From an uncultured Flavobacteriaceae bacterium (lineage in GTDB: Bacteria; Bacteroidota; Bacteroidia; Flavobacteriales; Flavobacteriaceae): 64,000 nucleotides of DNA. A program made the translations under genes and the position numbers. How positions within the stretch are numbered: position 1 is the stretch's first letter; every line of letters starts with the position of its first letter. Shown in pieces: positions 9,612 through 19,922 of this stretch. The notes beneath the pieces are model-generated. The model searched no databases. It was given only the letters and a program-made list of their open reading frames with translations, and was not told the origin of the DNA. The stretch covers positions 119,759-183,758 of the forward strand of contig CANMFO010000004.1 in the NCBI GenBank assembly GCA_947497245.1, given 5' to 3'.

Positions 9612-9827
9612 TGGAGGTTCAAAGTTTCACGTTTCGGGCTCAAAGTTAGCCAAACCAATAGCCTGAAACAAGAAATTTCAAGGCCGAATCCTGCAGGGTC
9701 CCGTCAGAATGTCCGGCAGGGGCCATTGCGGGGAACCGATGTTGTACCATTCTGTTTTTGGCTGCCCTGGCTTGGGGGTTTTAAAATCGGATCTCCACTC
9801 CAGGAGTATCATAAAATATTGGCCCGG

Positions 9828-12800
9828 TCACTCCTCTACAAATAGGTAGTTCAGTTTCAGGGCATTGAACTCCGTATTGAATTCCTGGATCTCCTCTGAG
9901 ATCATGGCATCAAAGGTTTTGAGCTCTGCATGTATTTTGATGGTCAGTTCGTTCTTGACGGCCACGTCCTGATCCGTAGGGGGGAAGTCGTCCAAGGTCA
10001 CTAAACTGTTCAAATGGCCCAATTTGTTGGTGAGCCTGATGGGAAAATTCAACGGGTCCTGGTTGCTGCGGTTTTTGGTCTGGTAAAGCGCTTTTTCCAC
10101 CGCTTCGAGCCGCGTTTTCATGGTTTTGGCCTTTTCCACCAAAGCTTTCGTCCGTTCGCTGTCCTGGTATTGCTTGCCAAAGGCATCCAATTGGGCATTG
10201 ATTTTGCGGATCTTTTTAATGGAGCCATGTGCCCGGTCTATGGTCTTGTTGATGTCGGTCACAAAATCGTGTTGTTTTTGCATATCCGCCACCGAGACCT
10301 CCGCCCTGGGGTCCGGAACGATTCTGAATTCTTGCGACTGATCGGAACCGTTGACATTCAATACCGCCCTGTAGGTGCCCGGGACCGCTTTGGGGCCTTC
10401 GAAACTGGCCCACCAAAAGATCATGCCCTTCAATTTTTCGGCCGCCTTGCCACGGGTATTCCATACATGCGTGTTGCCGCCCTTTTTCACCCTGAGCTTT
10501 TTCTCCTTGTCCTTCGCTTTGTTGTTGAAGGAAGCCAAGGTATCCCCTTCCATGGTCGTATAGGTAAGGCTGATGCTGTCCTTTTCCGTAAAATCCTTCA
10601 AATAAAAATGGGAAACGACCCCGTTCGGATGGTTCTGCCCCTCGGTCTTCGAAGGCTCTTTTCGCGCACTGCCCTTGGTACGATAGGCGTCCTTGGGCCG
10701 GTACAGAACGGCGGCGGCCCCCTTTTTCGCATCGTCCAATTGGTGTAGGACACCCAAATCATCGATGATCCATAAACTACGGCCTTGGGTCGCCACAATG
10801 AGATTGTTGTCCTTTATTGCCAGATCGGTTATGGGGACGATGGGGAGGTTCAGTTGGAAGGGGCTCCAATTCGCCCCATCATCAAAGGAAACATACATTC
10901 CCGTTTCGGTCCCGGCATAGAGCAGGCCACGGCGCTTGGGGTCTTCCCTGACGACCCGCGTGAAATGCTCTTCATTTATACCGTTCGTTATTTTAACCCA
11001 GGTTTGGCCATAATCGGTGGTCCTGTACAGGTAAGGCCGGAAGTCGCCCAATTTATACCGGGTAGCGGCCATATAGCAGGTGCCTTCATCAAAGGCCGAG
11101 GGCTCCATACTGTTTACCATGCTCCATTCCGGCATGGAACTGGGGGTTACTTCCTCCCAACTACCGCCCCCGTCTTTGGACAGGTGGACCAGGCCGTCAT
11201 CGCTGCCCACCCAAAGGAGCCCTTCCCTCAAGGGACTCTCATTGGCCGCAAAAATGGTACAATAGTATTCCACTCCAGTATTGTCCTGGGTGATGGGTCC
11301 CCCGCTCGATACGAGTTTGGTAGAATCGTTCCGGGTGAGGTCTTCGCTTAGCAATTCCCAGCTTTGGCCCTCGTTGGTACTCCTGTGCACGTGGTTGGAA
11401 AAGGTATACAGCTTCTTCGGATCGTGTTTGCTGAACAGGATGGGGAAATTCCATTGAAAGCGGTATTTCATGCCTTCCGCACCATAGCCCATGGGGTTGT
11501 CGGGCCATACATTGATGCCCCTTACAGAATTGGTCTTGTGGTTGACGCGCGTTAGGAACCCACCATAACTGCCTCCATAGACAATATCATTATCGGTAGG
11601 GTCGATGGCGATATGGGCGGACTCACCACCTGCGGTCTCTTCCCAATCCCCTTCGCCTATACCCGGACCGTCGCTGCGGTGTTTGACACGGAGGGTAGAA
11701 TTGTCCTGTTGTGCCACATAGATACGGTAAGGGTGCGAGTTGTCCGTGGTTACCCTGTAGTACTGTGCCGTGGGCTGGTTGTAGTAGGTGCTCCAGGTTT
11801 CCCCACCATCATAAGTGACCTGGGCGCCCCCATCGTCCCCGATGATCATGCGCTTCGAATTTTCGGGGGAGATCCATAAGTCGTGGTGGTCACCATGGGG
11901 TGCATTGAAGGTATGGAACGTTTTGCCCCCATCGGTCGATTTGTGGTAGCGCACGTTCAAGACGTACACCACGTCCACATCTTCGGTATCGGCATATACC
12001 CTGGTATAGTACCAGGCACGTTGCCTCAATTTGCGTTCTTCGTTGACCCTCGTCCATTTTTCACCCCCGTCATCGCTTCGGAAGAGCCCACCTTTTTCCT
12101 TATTCTCCACGATCGCCCATACACGGTTGGAATTTTTCGGGGAGACGGTCACACCGATGATGCCCAGGGTGTCTTTTGGAAAACCCTCTTTTTTGGAAAT
12201 TTCCACCCAGGTCTCACCACTGTCCACACTCTTCCAAAGCGCCGAGCCCTCGCCACCACTGCTCAGACTGTAGGGGGTGCGCTTTGCACGCCAAGTGGAG
12301 GCATACAGAATCCTTGGATTGTTGGGATCGAGCACCAGGTCCACAGCACCGGACTGATCGTTGGCGAACAATTTCCTGCTCCAGGTGGTTCCCCCATCGG
12401 TACTTTTGTAGACACCGCGCTCCTCGGTCGGTTTATAAATGTTTCCAAGAACGGCGGCATAAACGATATTGTGGTCGGTCGGATGTATTCGGATCCGGGG
12501 TACATGCCGGCTATTTTTGAGTCCCGCGGAGGTCCAGGTCTTTCCGGCATCCTCTGTTTTCCAAATACCATAGCCCGAGGAAACGTTTCCTCTCAAGGTC
12601 TTTTCGCCCCCACCGACATAAATGACGTTGGGATCGCTCTGGGCCACTTCCACAGCACCGATGCTTCCGCCAAAATAACCATCGGAGATGTTGCCCCAGG
12701 TACGGCCACCATCAGTGGTCTTCCAAACGCCCCCACCGGTCGCGCCAAAATAAAAAAGGTTGGGCGCACCCGGCACCCCGGTCACGGCCGCGGACCGTCC

Positions 12801-12965
12801 ACCACGAAAAGGACCGATCAATCGGTATTCCAAACTGGAATAGAGTTCTTGCGGATACGTGGTGGTGACGGATGTCGTTTTTTTGCGCCTTTGTGCGCTG
12901 CTGGTATAGGGCAATAGGAAAAACACCAGCACGAAAAGGCCGGTTTTGGCGTAGAAATTCTTCAT
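9828..12965 (-). CDS. BNR/sortilin (VPS10)-repeat protein, secreted
   Basis: At least 11 repeats of the S/TxDGGxTW type (TTDGGRTWGN, STDGGTTWSR, SDDGGEKWTR, TYDGGETWST, SKDGGGSWEE, TTDYGQTWVK...). A signal peptide follows the ATG at 12965 (MKNFYAKTGLFVLVFFLLPYTSSAQ). Confidence 0.75.
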   Translation of the reverse strand: MKNFYAKTGLFVLVFFLLPYTSSAQRRKKTTSVTTTYPQELYSSLEYRLIGPFRGGRSAAVTGVPGAPNLFYFGATGGGVWKTTDGGRTWGNISDGYFGGSIGAVEVAQSDPNVIYVGGGEKTLRGNVSSGYGIWKTEDAGKTWTSAGLKNSRHVPRIRIHPTDHNIVYAAVLGNIYKPTEERGVYKSTDGGTTWSRKLFANDQSGAVDLVLDPNNPRILYASTWRAKRTPYSLSSGGEGSALWKSVDSGETWVEISKKEGFPKDTLGIIGVTVSPKNSNRVWAIVENKEKGGLFRSDDGGEKWTRVNEERKLRQRAWYYTRVYADTEDVDVVYVLNVRYHKSTDGGKTFHTFNAPHGDHHDLWISPENSKRMIIGDDGGAQVTYDGGETWSTYYNQPTAQYYRVTTDNSHPYRIYVAQQDNSTLRVKHRSDGPGIGEGDWEETAGGESAHIAIDPTDNDIVYGGSYGGFLTRVNHKTNSVRGINVWPDNPMGYGAEGMKYRFQWNFPILFSKHDPKKLYTFSNHVHRSTNEGQSWELLSEDLTRNDSTKLVSSGGPITQDNTGVEYYCTIFAANESPLREGLLWVGSDDGLVHLSKDGGGSWEEVTPSSMPEWSMVNSMEPSAFDEGTCYMAATRYKLGDFRPYLYRTTDYGQTWVKITNGINEEHFTRVVREDPKRRGLLYAGTETGMYVSFDDGANWSPFQLNLPIVPITDLAIKDNNLIVATQGRSLWIIDDLGVLHQLDDAKKGAAAVLYRPKDAYRTKGSARKEPSKTEGQNHPNGVVSHFYLKDFTEKDSISLTYTTMEGDTLASFNNKAKDKEKKLRVKKGGNTHVWNTRGKAAEKLKGMIFWWASFEGPKAVPGTYRAVLNVNGSDQSQEFRIVPDPRAEVSVADMQKQHDFVTDINKTIDRAHGSIKKIRKINAQLDAFGKQYQDSERTKALVEKAKTMKTRLEAVEKALYQTKNRSNQDPLNFPIRLTNKLGHLNSLVTLDDFPPTDQDVAVKNELTIKIHAELKTFDAMISEEIQEFNTEFNALKLNYLFVEE

Positions 12966-13214
12966 TTTTATAGGGTTCCAATTAGTCAGGTTTAAAAGTA
13001 AGGAAAAAGGCGGAAACCAGAGACAGCTAGGGCAAAAATGCCGATACGGGGCAGGGCCTTTTCGGGTTATGCCATCACTTGGGCCGCCATCCGCCAAACC
13101 ATACTGGCCTTGGCCCAGGTTCAACCTGATTATGGCTCTACCGGGCACTTACAAAAGGAGTGGCCCCTGTACGACCCAATTTTTGTACCTTGGAGCAGCT
13201 AAAAAAATGCTCCT

Positions 13215-14909
13215 ATGAGAACCTTTTTTCTTTTTGCCAGCGGTTTGTTGTCAGCCCTCAATTTCGTTCTTGCACAAGACCGGGTCACCGGGGAACCTTT
13301 TGCCACGCGCTCGGAAGTGCTGGGCCAGAACGGCATGGTGGCCACCAGTCATCCCTTGGCCACCCAGATTGGGCTCGATGTCCTAAAACAGGGAGGCAAT
13401 GCCATCGATGCGGCCATTGCCGCAAATGCGGCCTTGGGACTCATGGAGCCCACTGGCTGTGGGGTAGGTGGCGATCTCTTTGCCATTGTATGGGACGGGA
13501 AGACCAAAAAACTGTACGGACTCAACGCCAGTGGCCGTTCGCCCAAAAGCCTCACCTTAGAATATTTTGAAAAGAAGGGTATGGAGAAAATACCCTCCCA
13601 TGGCCCACTGCCGGTAAGTGTGCCCGGAGCAGTGGATGGTTGGTTCGAGCTGCACGGCAAGTTTGGTTCCACACCCATGTCCGAACTCCTGGCGCCGGCG
13701 ATTGCCTATGCCGAAAGTGGCTTTCCATTGACGGAGTTGATCGGCTGGTATATGCAAGGCATCCCGGAGATACATGGGGCAGGGTACGCCAATATCAAGG
13801 ACACTTATATGGATCAGAACGGGGGTAGGATGCCCAAAGAGGGAGAGATTTATAAAAACCCCTACTTGGCCAACACCTACCGAAAGATCGCCAAAGACGG
13901 GAGGGATGCTTTTTATAAGGGAGAGATTGCCAAGACCATCGCCGATTTCATGAAGGAACAAGGCGGTTTCCTAACCAGAAAGGATATGGCCACCCATAAA
14001 TCGCAATGGGTAGAGCCCGTCTCGATAAACTATCGCGGGTACGATGTTTGGGAACTACCCCCGAACGGACAGGGCATCGCCGCTTTACAGATGCTACAGA
14101 TTCTGGAAGGCTATGATTTTTCCAATATTGGGTTTGGGGGCACCGAGCACCTGCACCTGTTTACCGAGGCCAAAAAACTGGCCTTTGAGGACCGGGCCAA
14201 ATACTATGCGGATATGGACTTTGCCCATGTGCCGGTCGCCGCATTATTGGCCGACGGGTACGCCGACGAGCGAAGGGCATTGATCGGACCGCGTGCCAGG
14301 AGCTATACGGCAGGGGAAATCAGCGCGGGAGAGACCATTTATATGACCGCGGCCGATAGCGAGGGTACCATGATCTCACTGATCCAAAGCAACTACCGTG
14401 GCCTGGGATCCTTTATGGTACCGCCGAAACTGGGCTTTATGCTGCAGGACCGGGGCGAACTTTTTAGCTTGAAACGGGGGCAGGCAAATACTTACGAACC
14501 CGGTAAGCGGCCCTTCCATACCATTATCCCCGCCTTTATCACCAAAGACGGAGCCCCCTTTGTAAGTTTTGGGGTCATGGGCGGCGATTTCCAACCCCAG
14601 GGCCATGCGCAGATCGTAATGAACCTGATCGACTTTGGAATGAACCTCCAGGAAGCAGGCGATGCCCCGCGTTGGGACCATACAGGGGGCAGCGGCCCCA
14701 CCGGTGATACCTCCGAGGGCACCGGCACGGTGCGATTGGAATCCGGGATTTCCTACGAGACCGTACGTGGCCTTATGGGCAAAGGGCATCAGATCGGTTC
14801 AGGTCGAGGCATTTACGGTGGTTACCAGGCCATTCTATGGGATGCTGAGAACAAGGTGTATCACGGTGCTTCGGAAAGCCGGAAAGACGGGCAGGCAGCG
14901 GGTTATTGA
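13215..14909 (+). CDS. ggt: gamma-glutamyltransferase
   Basis: Signal peptide, then MVATSHPLATQIGLDVLKQGGNAIDAAIA, PNGQGIAAL and FGVMGGDFQPQGHAQ, all family-typical blocks. Confidence 0.85.
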   Translation: MRTFFLFASGLLSALNFVLAQDRVTGEPFATRSEVLGQNGMVATSHPLATQIGLDVLKQGGNAIDAAIAANAALGLMEPTGCGVGGDLFAIVWDGKTKKLYGLNASGRSPKSLTLEYFEKKGMEKIPSHGPLPVSVPGAVDGWFELHGKFGSTPMSELLAPAIAYAESGFPLTELIGWYMQGIPEIHGAGYANIKDTYMDQNGGRMPKEGEIYKNPYLANTYRKIAKDGRDAFYKGEIAKTIADFMKEQGGFLTRKDMATHKSQWVEPVSINYRGYDVWELPPNGQGIAALQMLQILEGYDFSNIGFGGTEHLHLFTEAKKLAFEDRAKYYADMDFAHVPVAALLADGYADERRALIGPRARSYTAGEISAGETIYMTAADSEGTMISLIQSNYRGLGSFMVPPKLGFMLQDRGELFSLKRGQANTYEPGKRPFHTIIPAFITKDGAPFVSFGVMGGDFQPQGHAQIVMNLIDFGMNLQEAGDAPRWDHTGGSGPTGDTSEGTGTVRLESGISYETVRGLMGKGHQIGSGRGIYGGYQAILWDAENKVYHGASESRKDGQAAGY

Positions 14910-14991
14910 AGTTTGACCATGGTACAAAAAATCATGGGAAAAGCTTGCGGGCGTACCTGAACGCGTCCAAAAGATCAGCTAACGAAAAAGA

Positions 14992-15429
14992 GTGACAATA
15001 TATCTTACACCAATGGACCTTATTTTCCTTATCCATCTTTTCAGTACCTTGTTTATGTGCGGATTGTGCTGGTTCGTGCAGATTGTGCACTACCCGCTTT
15101 TCCGGGCCATTCGACCAGAGGATTTTCCAGCCTATGAAAGGAGGAACTTTGTTACGGGGTACGTGACCGTTCCCGTGATGACCCTCGAATTGTTTAGTGG
15201 CCTTTGGTATTTGTATACGGACCACAACAAGCTTTTTCTGTATAACATGCTCGCCCTGGCCCTGATCTGGACGAGCACTTTTATCTTTCAGGTACCCCTG
15301 CATTTAAAGCTGACCAGGGAAGGTGACCCCCGAACCATTGACCGACTGATCCACACCAATTGGATCCGTACCTTGGCTTGGACGGTTCGCTCTGTGCTCT
15401 TGGGATATCTAATGGTCCGGATCATTTGA
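14992..15429 (+). CDS. small integral membrane protein, unassigned
   Basis: 145-aa ORF with four hydrophobic segments and no motif recognised. Confidence 0.45.
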   Translation: MTIYLTPMDLIFLIHLFSTLFMCGLCWFVQIVHYPLFRAIRPEDFPAYERRNFVTGYVTVPVMTLELFSGLWYLYTDHNKLFLYNMLALALIWTSTFIFQVPLHLKLTREGDPRTIDRLIHTNWIRTLAWTVRSVLLGYLMVRII

Positions 15430-15445
15430 ATTTCAGTAACAAAAT

Positions 15446-16387
15446 ATGGTTATCTTAGATACCATGAAACTCAAGGTCGGCGTCGTCCAAGAATCCCCCA
15501 TATTTTTCAACAAATCCAAAACCTTTGACAAACTGGGGTCATTGGTCAACACCTATGCCCAAAAAGGTTGTGGGCTACTGGTGTTTCCCGAATCCTACGT
15601 GCCCGGCTACCCACGGGGCTTCGATTTTGGGGCCAAGATAGGGAGCCGTAGCAATGAGGGAAGGCATCAGTATGCGGCCTATGCGGAGCAGAGCGTGGAC
15701 CTCGAGGGCCCCGATCGGACCAGGCTCGAGAAGCTGGCCAAACGGCACAAGGTATACCTCGTCATTGGAGTGACCGAAAAACGGGAAGGGACAGGTAGCC
15801 TGTACTGTTCCATGTTGTACATTTCCCCCACACACGGGCTGCTGGGCGTGCACAGAAAAATAAAACCGACCGGTACAGAACGCCTTGTTTGGGCGGAGGC
15901 CGCTGGAGAATCCCTGGTTACGTTCAAGACCAAAATAGGCGTCTTGGGCGGTTTGATCTGCTGGGAGAACTATATGCCCCTGGCCAGAATGGCCATGTAC
16001 CAAAAAGGGGTGGAGATCTATATCGCGCCGACGGCAGATTCCCGAGAGGAATGGACGGCCACCATGAAGCATATTGCACTGGAAGGGCGTTGCTTTGTAC
16101 TGGGCTGCAACCAATACTTTACCAAAAGCATGTACCCCGATGCGTTCAAGGACACGGTCAAGGATGGGCCCGAAAACCTCTGTCGGGGCGGAAGCATCAT
16201 TGTCTCTCCCTTGGGCGAGGTCATCGCAGGGCCACTCTTCGACCAAGCGGGCGTGCTGGTCGCTACCCTCGATCTGGAGGAAGTACAGCAAAGCAAGCTC
16301 GATTTTGACGTGGTCGGCCATTATGCCCGGGAAGACATTTTTGAGCTTCAGGTCAAGGGACAACCGGATACACTGGAGGAACAATAA
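15446..16387 (+). CDS. carbon-nitrogen hydrolase (nitrilase family)
   Basis: The Glu-Lys-Cys triad contexts are present: LLVFPESYVPGYP, VHRKIKPT, GGLICWENYMP. An alternative start lies at 15464 (MKLKVGVVQ). Confidence 0.8.
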   Translation: MVILDTMKLKVGVVQESPIFFNKSKTFDKLGSLVNTYAQKGCGLLVFPESYVPGYPRGFDFGAKIGSRSNEGRHQYAAYAEQSVDLEGPDRTRLEKLAKRHKVYLVIGVTEKREGTGSLYCSMLYISPTHGLLGVHRKIKPTGTERLVWAEAAGESLVTFKTKIGVLGGLICWENYMPLARMAMYQKGVEIYIAPTADSREEWTATMKHIALEGRCFVLGCNQYFTKSMYPDAFKDTVKDGPENLCRGGSIIVSPLGEVIAGPLFDQAGVLVATLDLEEVQQSKLDFDVVGHYAREDIFELQVKGQPDTLEEQ

Positions 16388-16587
16388 ACATTTAACACTT
16401 AAGGTTGTTGAACGGGCTGTACCGTTTGGCCGATTAAAAAGTTCGATAGCTAAGGCAAGACATCTAGGGTGTAACAAATGGAACGTTTTGGCAACTAATC
16501 TATAAATGGCCGGGCGAGTGGAACTGTTTCCCCTACCTTGGATTTAGTCCCTTGTCCATGGCCGCTACTTGAACCACAAATTCCCGT

Positions 16588-17376
16588 ATGGCAAAAACGA
16601 TATCCCCCGAAGATGAGGCTACCCTGAAACGGGCCAAGCAGAAAATGGAACAGATCGGTTGGGCGATGCAAGGATTGAACAAGGTGGGCAATGTCATCGA
16701 AAGCCGTATTGCGCTCTTGCCCAAAAAACAGCAGGAATGGCTGCAACAGCTCAGTTATAAGGTGTTGCATACCGTGGTTAAGAGCAATTTGCTGTCGATG
16801 AAAAAAGGGAAGGGCAGATCGGTACCGTGGAACAAAACCTATAAGGCACTGGTAACCTCCTCGGGACTGGTGGGTGGTGCCTTTGGGGCTTCCGCCTTTG
16901 CCGTGGACCTTACGGTGGCCACAAAACTCATGATGCGCTCCATTATGGATATTGCACGCAGTGAAGGGGAGGACCTGAGCGAATTGGACACGCAGCTCGC
17001 CTGTCTGCAGGTCTTTGCCCTAGGTGGTAAGACCAAGCACGACGATAGCTTGGAAACAGGCTATTATGCTTCGCGGATTGCGGTCAGTTCGGCGGTAAGG
17101 GGCGGCACCAAGGCTTTGGAAGGCCTGCTTAGGGGCAGTACAAACCCTCTTTTACAGCTGATCGCCACCGTGGCGGCCCGTTTTAGCGTACAGGTCTCGG
17201 AAAAGTTCGTGGCCCAAGCGGTTCCCGTACTCGGGGCGGCCGGCGGGGCCTCCATCAATCTGGCCTTTATACATCATTTTCAGAATATGGCACAGGCGCA
17301 TTTTGCCGTTCGTAGGTTGGAACGGGTATATGGGGAAAAAGAGGTTCGCCGATCGTATGCCGCAATTGAACTATGA
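16588..17376 (+). CDS. EcsC-family protein (tentative)
   Basis: A Gly/Ala-rich core and a C-terminal block GAAGGASINLAFIHHFQNMAQAHFAVRRLERVYG resemble the EcsC family. This call is from memory only. Confidence 0.5.
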   Translation: MAKTISPEDEATLKRAKQKMEQIGWAMQGLNKVGNVIESRIALLPKKQQEWLQQLSYKVLHTVVKSNLLSMKKGKGRSVPWNKTYKALVTSSGLVGGAFGASAFAVDLTVATKLMMRSIMDIARSEGEDLSELDTQLACLQVFALGGKTKHDDSLETGYYASRIAVSSAVRGGTKALEGLLRGSTNPLLQLIATVAARFSVQVSEKFVAQAVPVLGAAGGASINLAFIHHFQNMAQAHFAVRRLERVYGEKEVRRSYAAIEL

Positions 17377-17459
17377 ACAATACATATTTAACGGTTTGTA
17401 TTGTGGAACAAAGCGGAGACCCGTACTTTTTTTCATAAACTATTAATTGCAAGGTATCA

Positions 17460-18074
17460 ATGAAGCTATTACAGAACATTTTTGGGGAATCGAAGGATGT
17501 GATATGGGCACAGATCGCCAAGGACATCGGGGGAGATTACATCGATGGCGGATTTTGGAAAAAAGATGTCCTACGCTACCACCACAACAACTGGGAACTG
17601 CTGTTGGACACCTTTACGCGAAGCACCGGAAAGACGCACGTTACCTATACCCGGATGCGCGTTCCTTTCTTGAACAAGGACGGGCTCCGATTCAAAATAT
17701 ACCGAGAAGGATTTTTTAGCGGGGTCGGAAAGTTCTTTGGCATGCAGGACCTTCAGGTCAGGGATCCCAGGTTCAACAGGAATTTTATCATTCAGGGCAA
17801 CGACAAAACAAAAATAGAGCAGCTTTTGAACGACTACCAATTAAAGATGCTTTTCGAAATGGTGCCCAAGGTCCATGTCGAGATCAAAAAAGATGAGGGA
17901 TGGTTTGGAAGAAGCTACCCCCAGGGAGTGGATGTACTTTACTTCGAAAGGGTCGGGGTCATCAAAGATAAGGAAACACTCCAGCTGCTGTTCCGGCTGT
18001 TCAGTGCGGTACTGGATCGGTTGGTGCGCATTGACTCGGCTTACGTGGACGATCCCAAGATCACACTCGAGTAG
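17460..18074 (+). CDS. hypothetical protein (204 aa)
   Basis: ATG-initiated ORF with ordinary amino-acid composition and no recognised motif. Confidence 0.45.
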   Translation: MKLLQNIFGESKDVIWAQIAKDIGGDYIDGGFWKKDVLRYHHNNWELLLDTFTRSTGKTHVTYTRMRVPFLNKDGLRFKIYREGFFSGVGKFFGMQDLQVRDPRFNRNFIIQGNDKTKIEQLLNDYQLKMLFEMVPKVHVEIKKDEGWFGRSYPQGVDVLYFERVGVIKDKETLQLLFRLFSAVLDRLVRIDSAYVDDPKITLE

Positions 18075-18090
18075 CCCGTGGCCGGGACGA

Positions 18091-19803
18091 TCACTGTTTC
18101 CCGAACCACAGCTTGCGTACGCGACCGGTGGATACCTTCATGCCCACGACCCTATTATTGGCATCCCTTGTAAATAGAACGGTCGTCCCGAACTTGTTCT
18201 TGAAAATATCGGCTTTTGCCATGGACAACACCATATCGGGATGGCGGTCATGGCTGGCTGTCAAACGGCCATCCTTGACATTGATGGTGTATGCGGTGCC
18301 CAGTTCCTCACTGAAAAAGGTGCCGGAATACGGGTGCAGGTCGACCAAGGCCGGATCAATCGGCGTATACGCTTGCATGGTGATGTCCGGACTGTTCTCC
18401 TGGACCACCAACATTTGTTGTTTTCCGTTTTCCGTCAAAAATTCAACCGAGACGTACATCGGTACGCCCAGCATCTTGAACTTGGTTTTGGCAACAGGGG
18501 CCAATGCCGATTCATTGCCGGGCCCCCTGAAGTACATTAGGGTATCGTTCTTAAGGTAAATTCTTCTGGGAACCATCTGGGCTTCGTACCAATAATGGCT
18601 TTCAAACGCTTTCAACTTTTCATTGTCCAGTTCAATGGTCTTTTCAAGCGGCCGTTTATCCGCATGGGAGGGCTCTTCCGTAAAGTCCGACGCCAGATAA
18701 AGATCGGCGACATGGAGGGATAGGGCAGCGGGGTTCGAATTCCCTCGATTGGTAAAGACCATCACCGCGAATTCCTGATCGGGAAACCTGCCCAAGTAGG
18801 ACCGATAGCCGGCATCCCCGCCGCTGTGCTGAATTTGCAACAGCCCTTTGTACGGTGTCACAAACTGGCCATAGGCACCGGTAAAGGTTTCCCCGTCGTT
18901 CAGCTCGGCCAAGGTATTCATTTGATCAACAATGGCCCGGTTCCCGACCCTGGGTTCCTTGAAGTTCATCGCCCAGAGTGCCAAGTCTTCCACCGTGGTA
19001 AAAAGACTGGTCGCCCCCACATTGGCAAAGCTCAGCACGCTTTTCTGAAAGCCCGAAGCGGTTGGATTGTACGAATAGGCCCTGTTTTTGACAATCTTTT
19101 CATGGTCGTCGTAAAACTGGGAGCGCCCCATTTTCAAAGGGCCGAATATCCGCTGTTGGGTAAACTCGGCGAAAGACTGTCCGGACAGCCTGGCCACCAC
19201 CTCGGCCAGTAGAGTGAAGCCCGTGTTGCAATAGAGGTATTCTTCCCCGGGATCAAAATTCAGGTCTTGTTGTTTTGACACCAATTTAAGGATATGATCT
19301 TTTGTGATGACATCGTCGAACCGCCATCCCGCCAAGCTCAACAGGTCCCATTGATCTCGCATACCACTGGTGTGCGTGGCCAAGTGGCGCAAGGTGATGG
19401 TCTTTCCAAAATCGGGTACCTCCGGGATGTGTTTTCGGATATCGTCGTCCAAGGACAGTTTCCCTTCCTCGGCCAACAGCAGAACGGAAAAAACGGTGAA
19501 CTGCTTGGAAACGGAAGCGACATGGAAGACCGTCGACGGGCTTACCGGAATGTCGTATTCGAGATTGGCACTACCATACCCCTTCTTAAAGACGATCTTT
19601 CCTTTTTGGACCACCGCTACCGCCGCACCGGGTAGGTCCGTTCCATCGAAATCCTTGAAAATTTGATCGATGGCCTTTTCGGGAACGCCGGGAAGTTCCG
19701 TGTTCAAGGTGTCCTGGGCATCCGAGATGCAGCTTAGAAAAAGGAAGAATAGGGGAATGATGGCCCGGAGTGGGTTTGGAAGAGTGTTCATGGCACGGTT
19801 CAT
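18091..19803 (-). CDS. serine hydrolase, beta-lactamase/transpeptidase-like family, secreted
   Basis: SxxK motif in HVASVSKQFT, with a signal peptide (...LFFLFLSCISDAQ). The start is ambiguous: 19851, 19803 or 19791. Confidence 0.75.
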   Translation of the reverse strand: MNRAMNTLPNPLRAIIPLFFLFLSCISDAQDTLNTELPGVPEKAIDQIFKDFDGTDLPGAAVAVVQKGKIVFKKGYGSANLEYDIPVSPSTVFHVASVSKQFTVFSVLLLAEEGKLSLDDDIRKHIPEVPDFGKTITLRHLATHTSGMRDQWDLLSLAGWRFDDVITKDHILKLVSKQQDLNFDPGEEYLYCNTGFTLLAEVVARLSGQSFAEFTQQRIFGPLKMGRSQFYDDHEKIVKNRAYSYNPTASGFQKSVLSFANVGATSLFTTVEDLALWAMNFKEPRVGNRAIVDQMNTLAELNDGETFTGAYGQFVTPYKGLLQIQHSGGDAGYRSYLGRFPDQEFAVMVFTNRGNSNPAALSLHVADLYLASDFTEEPSHADKRPLEKTIELDNEKLKAFESHYWYEAQMVPRRIYLKNDTLMYFRGPGNESALAPVAKTKFKMLGVPMYVSVEFLTENGKQQMLVVQENSPDITMQAYTPIDPALVDLHPYSGTFFSEELGTAYTINVKDGRLTASHDRHPDMVLSMAKADIFKNKFGTTVLFTRDANNRVVGMKVSTGRVRKLWFGKQ

Positions 19804-19922
19804 TTTTTGAAGGATGGTGCTTTCATTTTCAAGGTATTGAAAATTGAACAAATGGCGGCTCGCAGGGCCAAAAAGTTTCTCGGGGGTACGGCCCGGGAGT
19901 TTGCGTCACCGGCTGGCGCCGG

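Noticed and set aside
12966-13148. 61-aa N-terminal extension of the BNR-repeat ORF
   Set aside because: The extension (MPGRAIIRLNLGQG...) has no signal-peptide or protein-like character. The internal ATG at 12965 is followed immediately by a canonical signal peptide.
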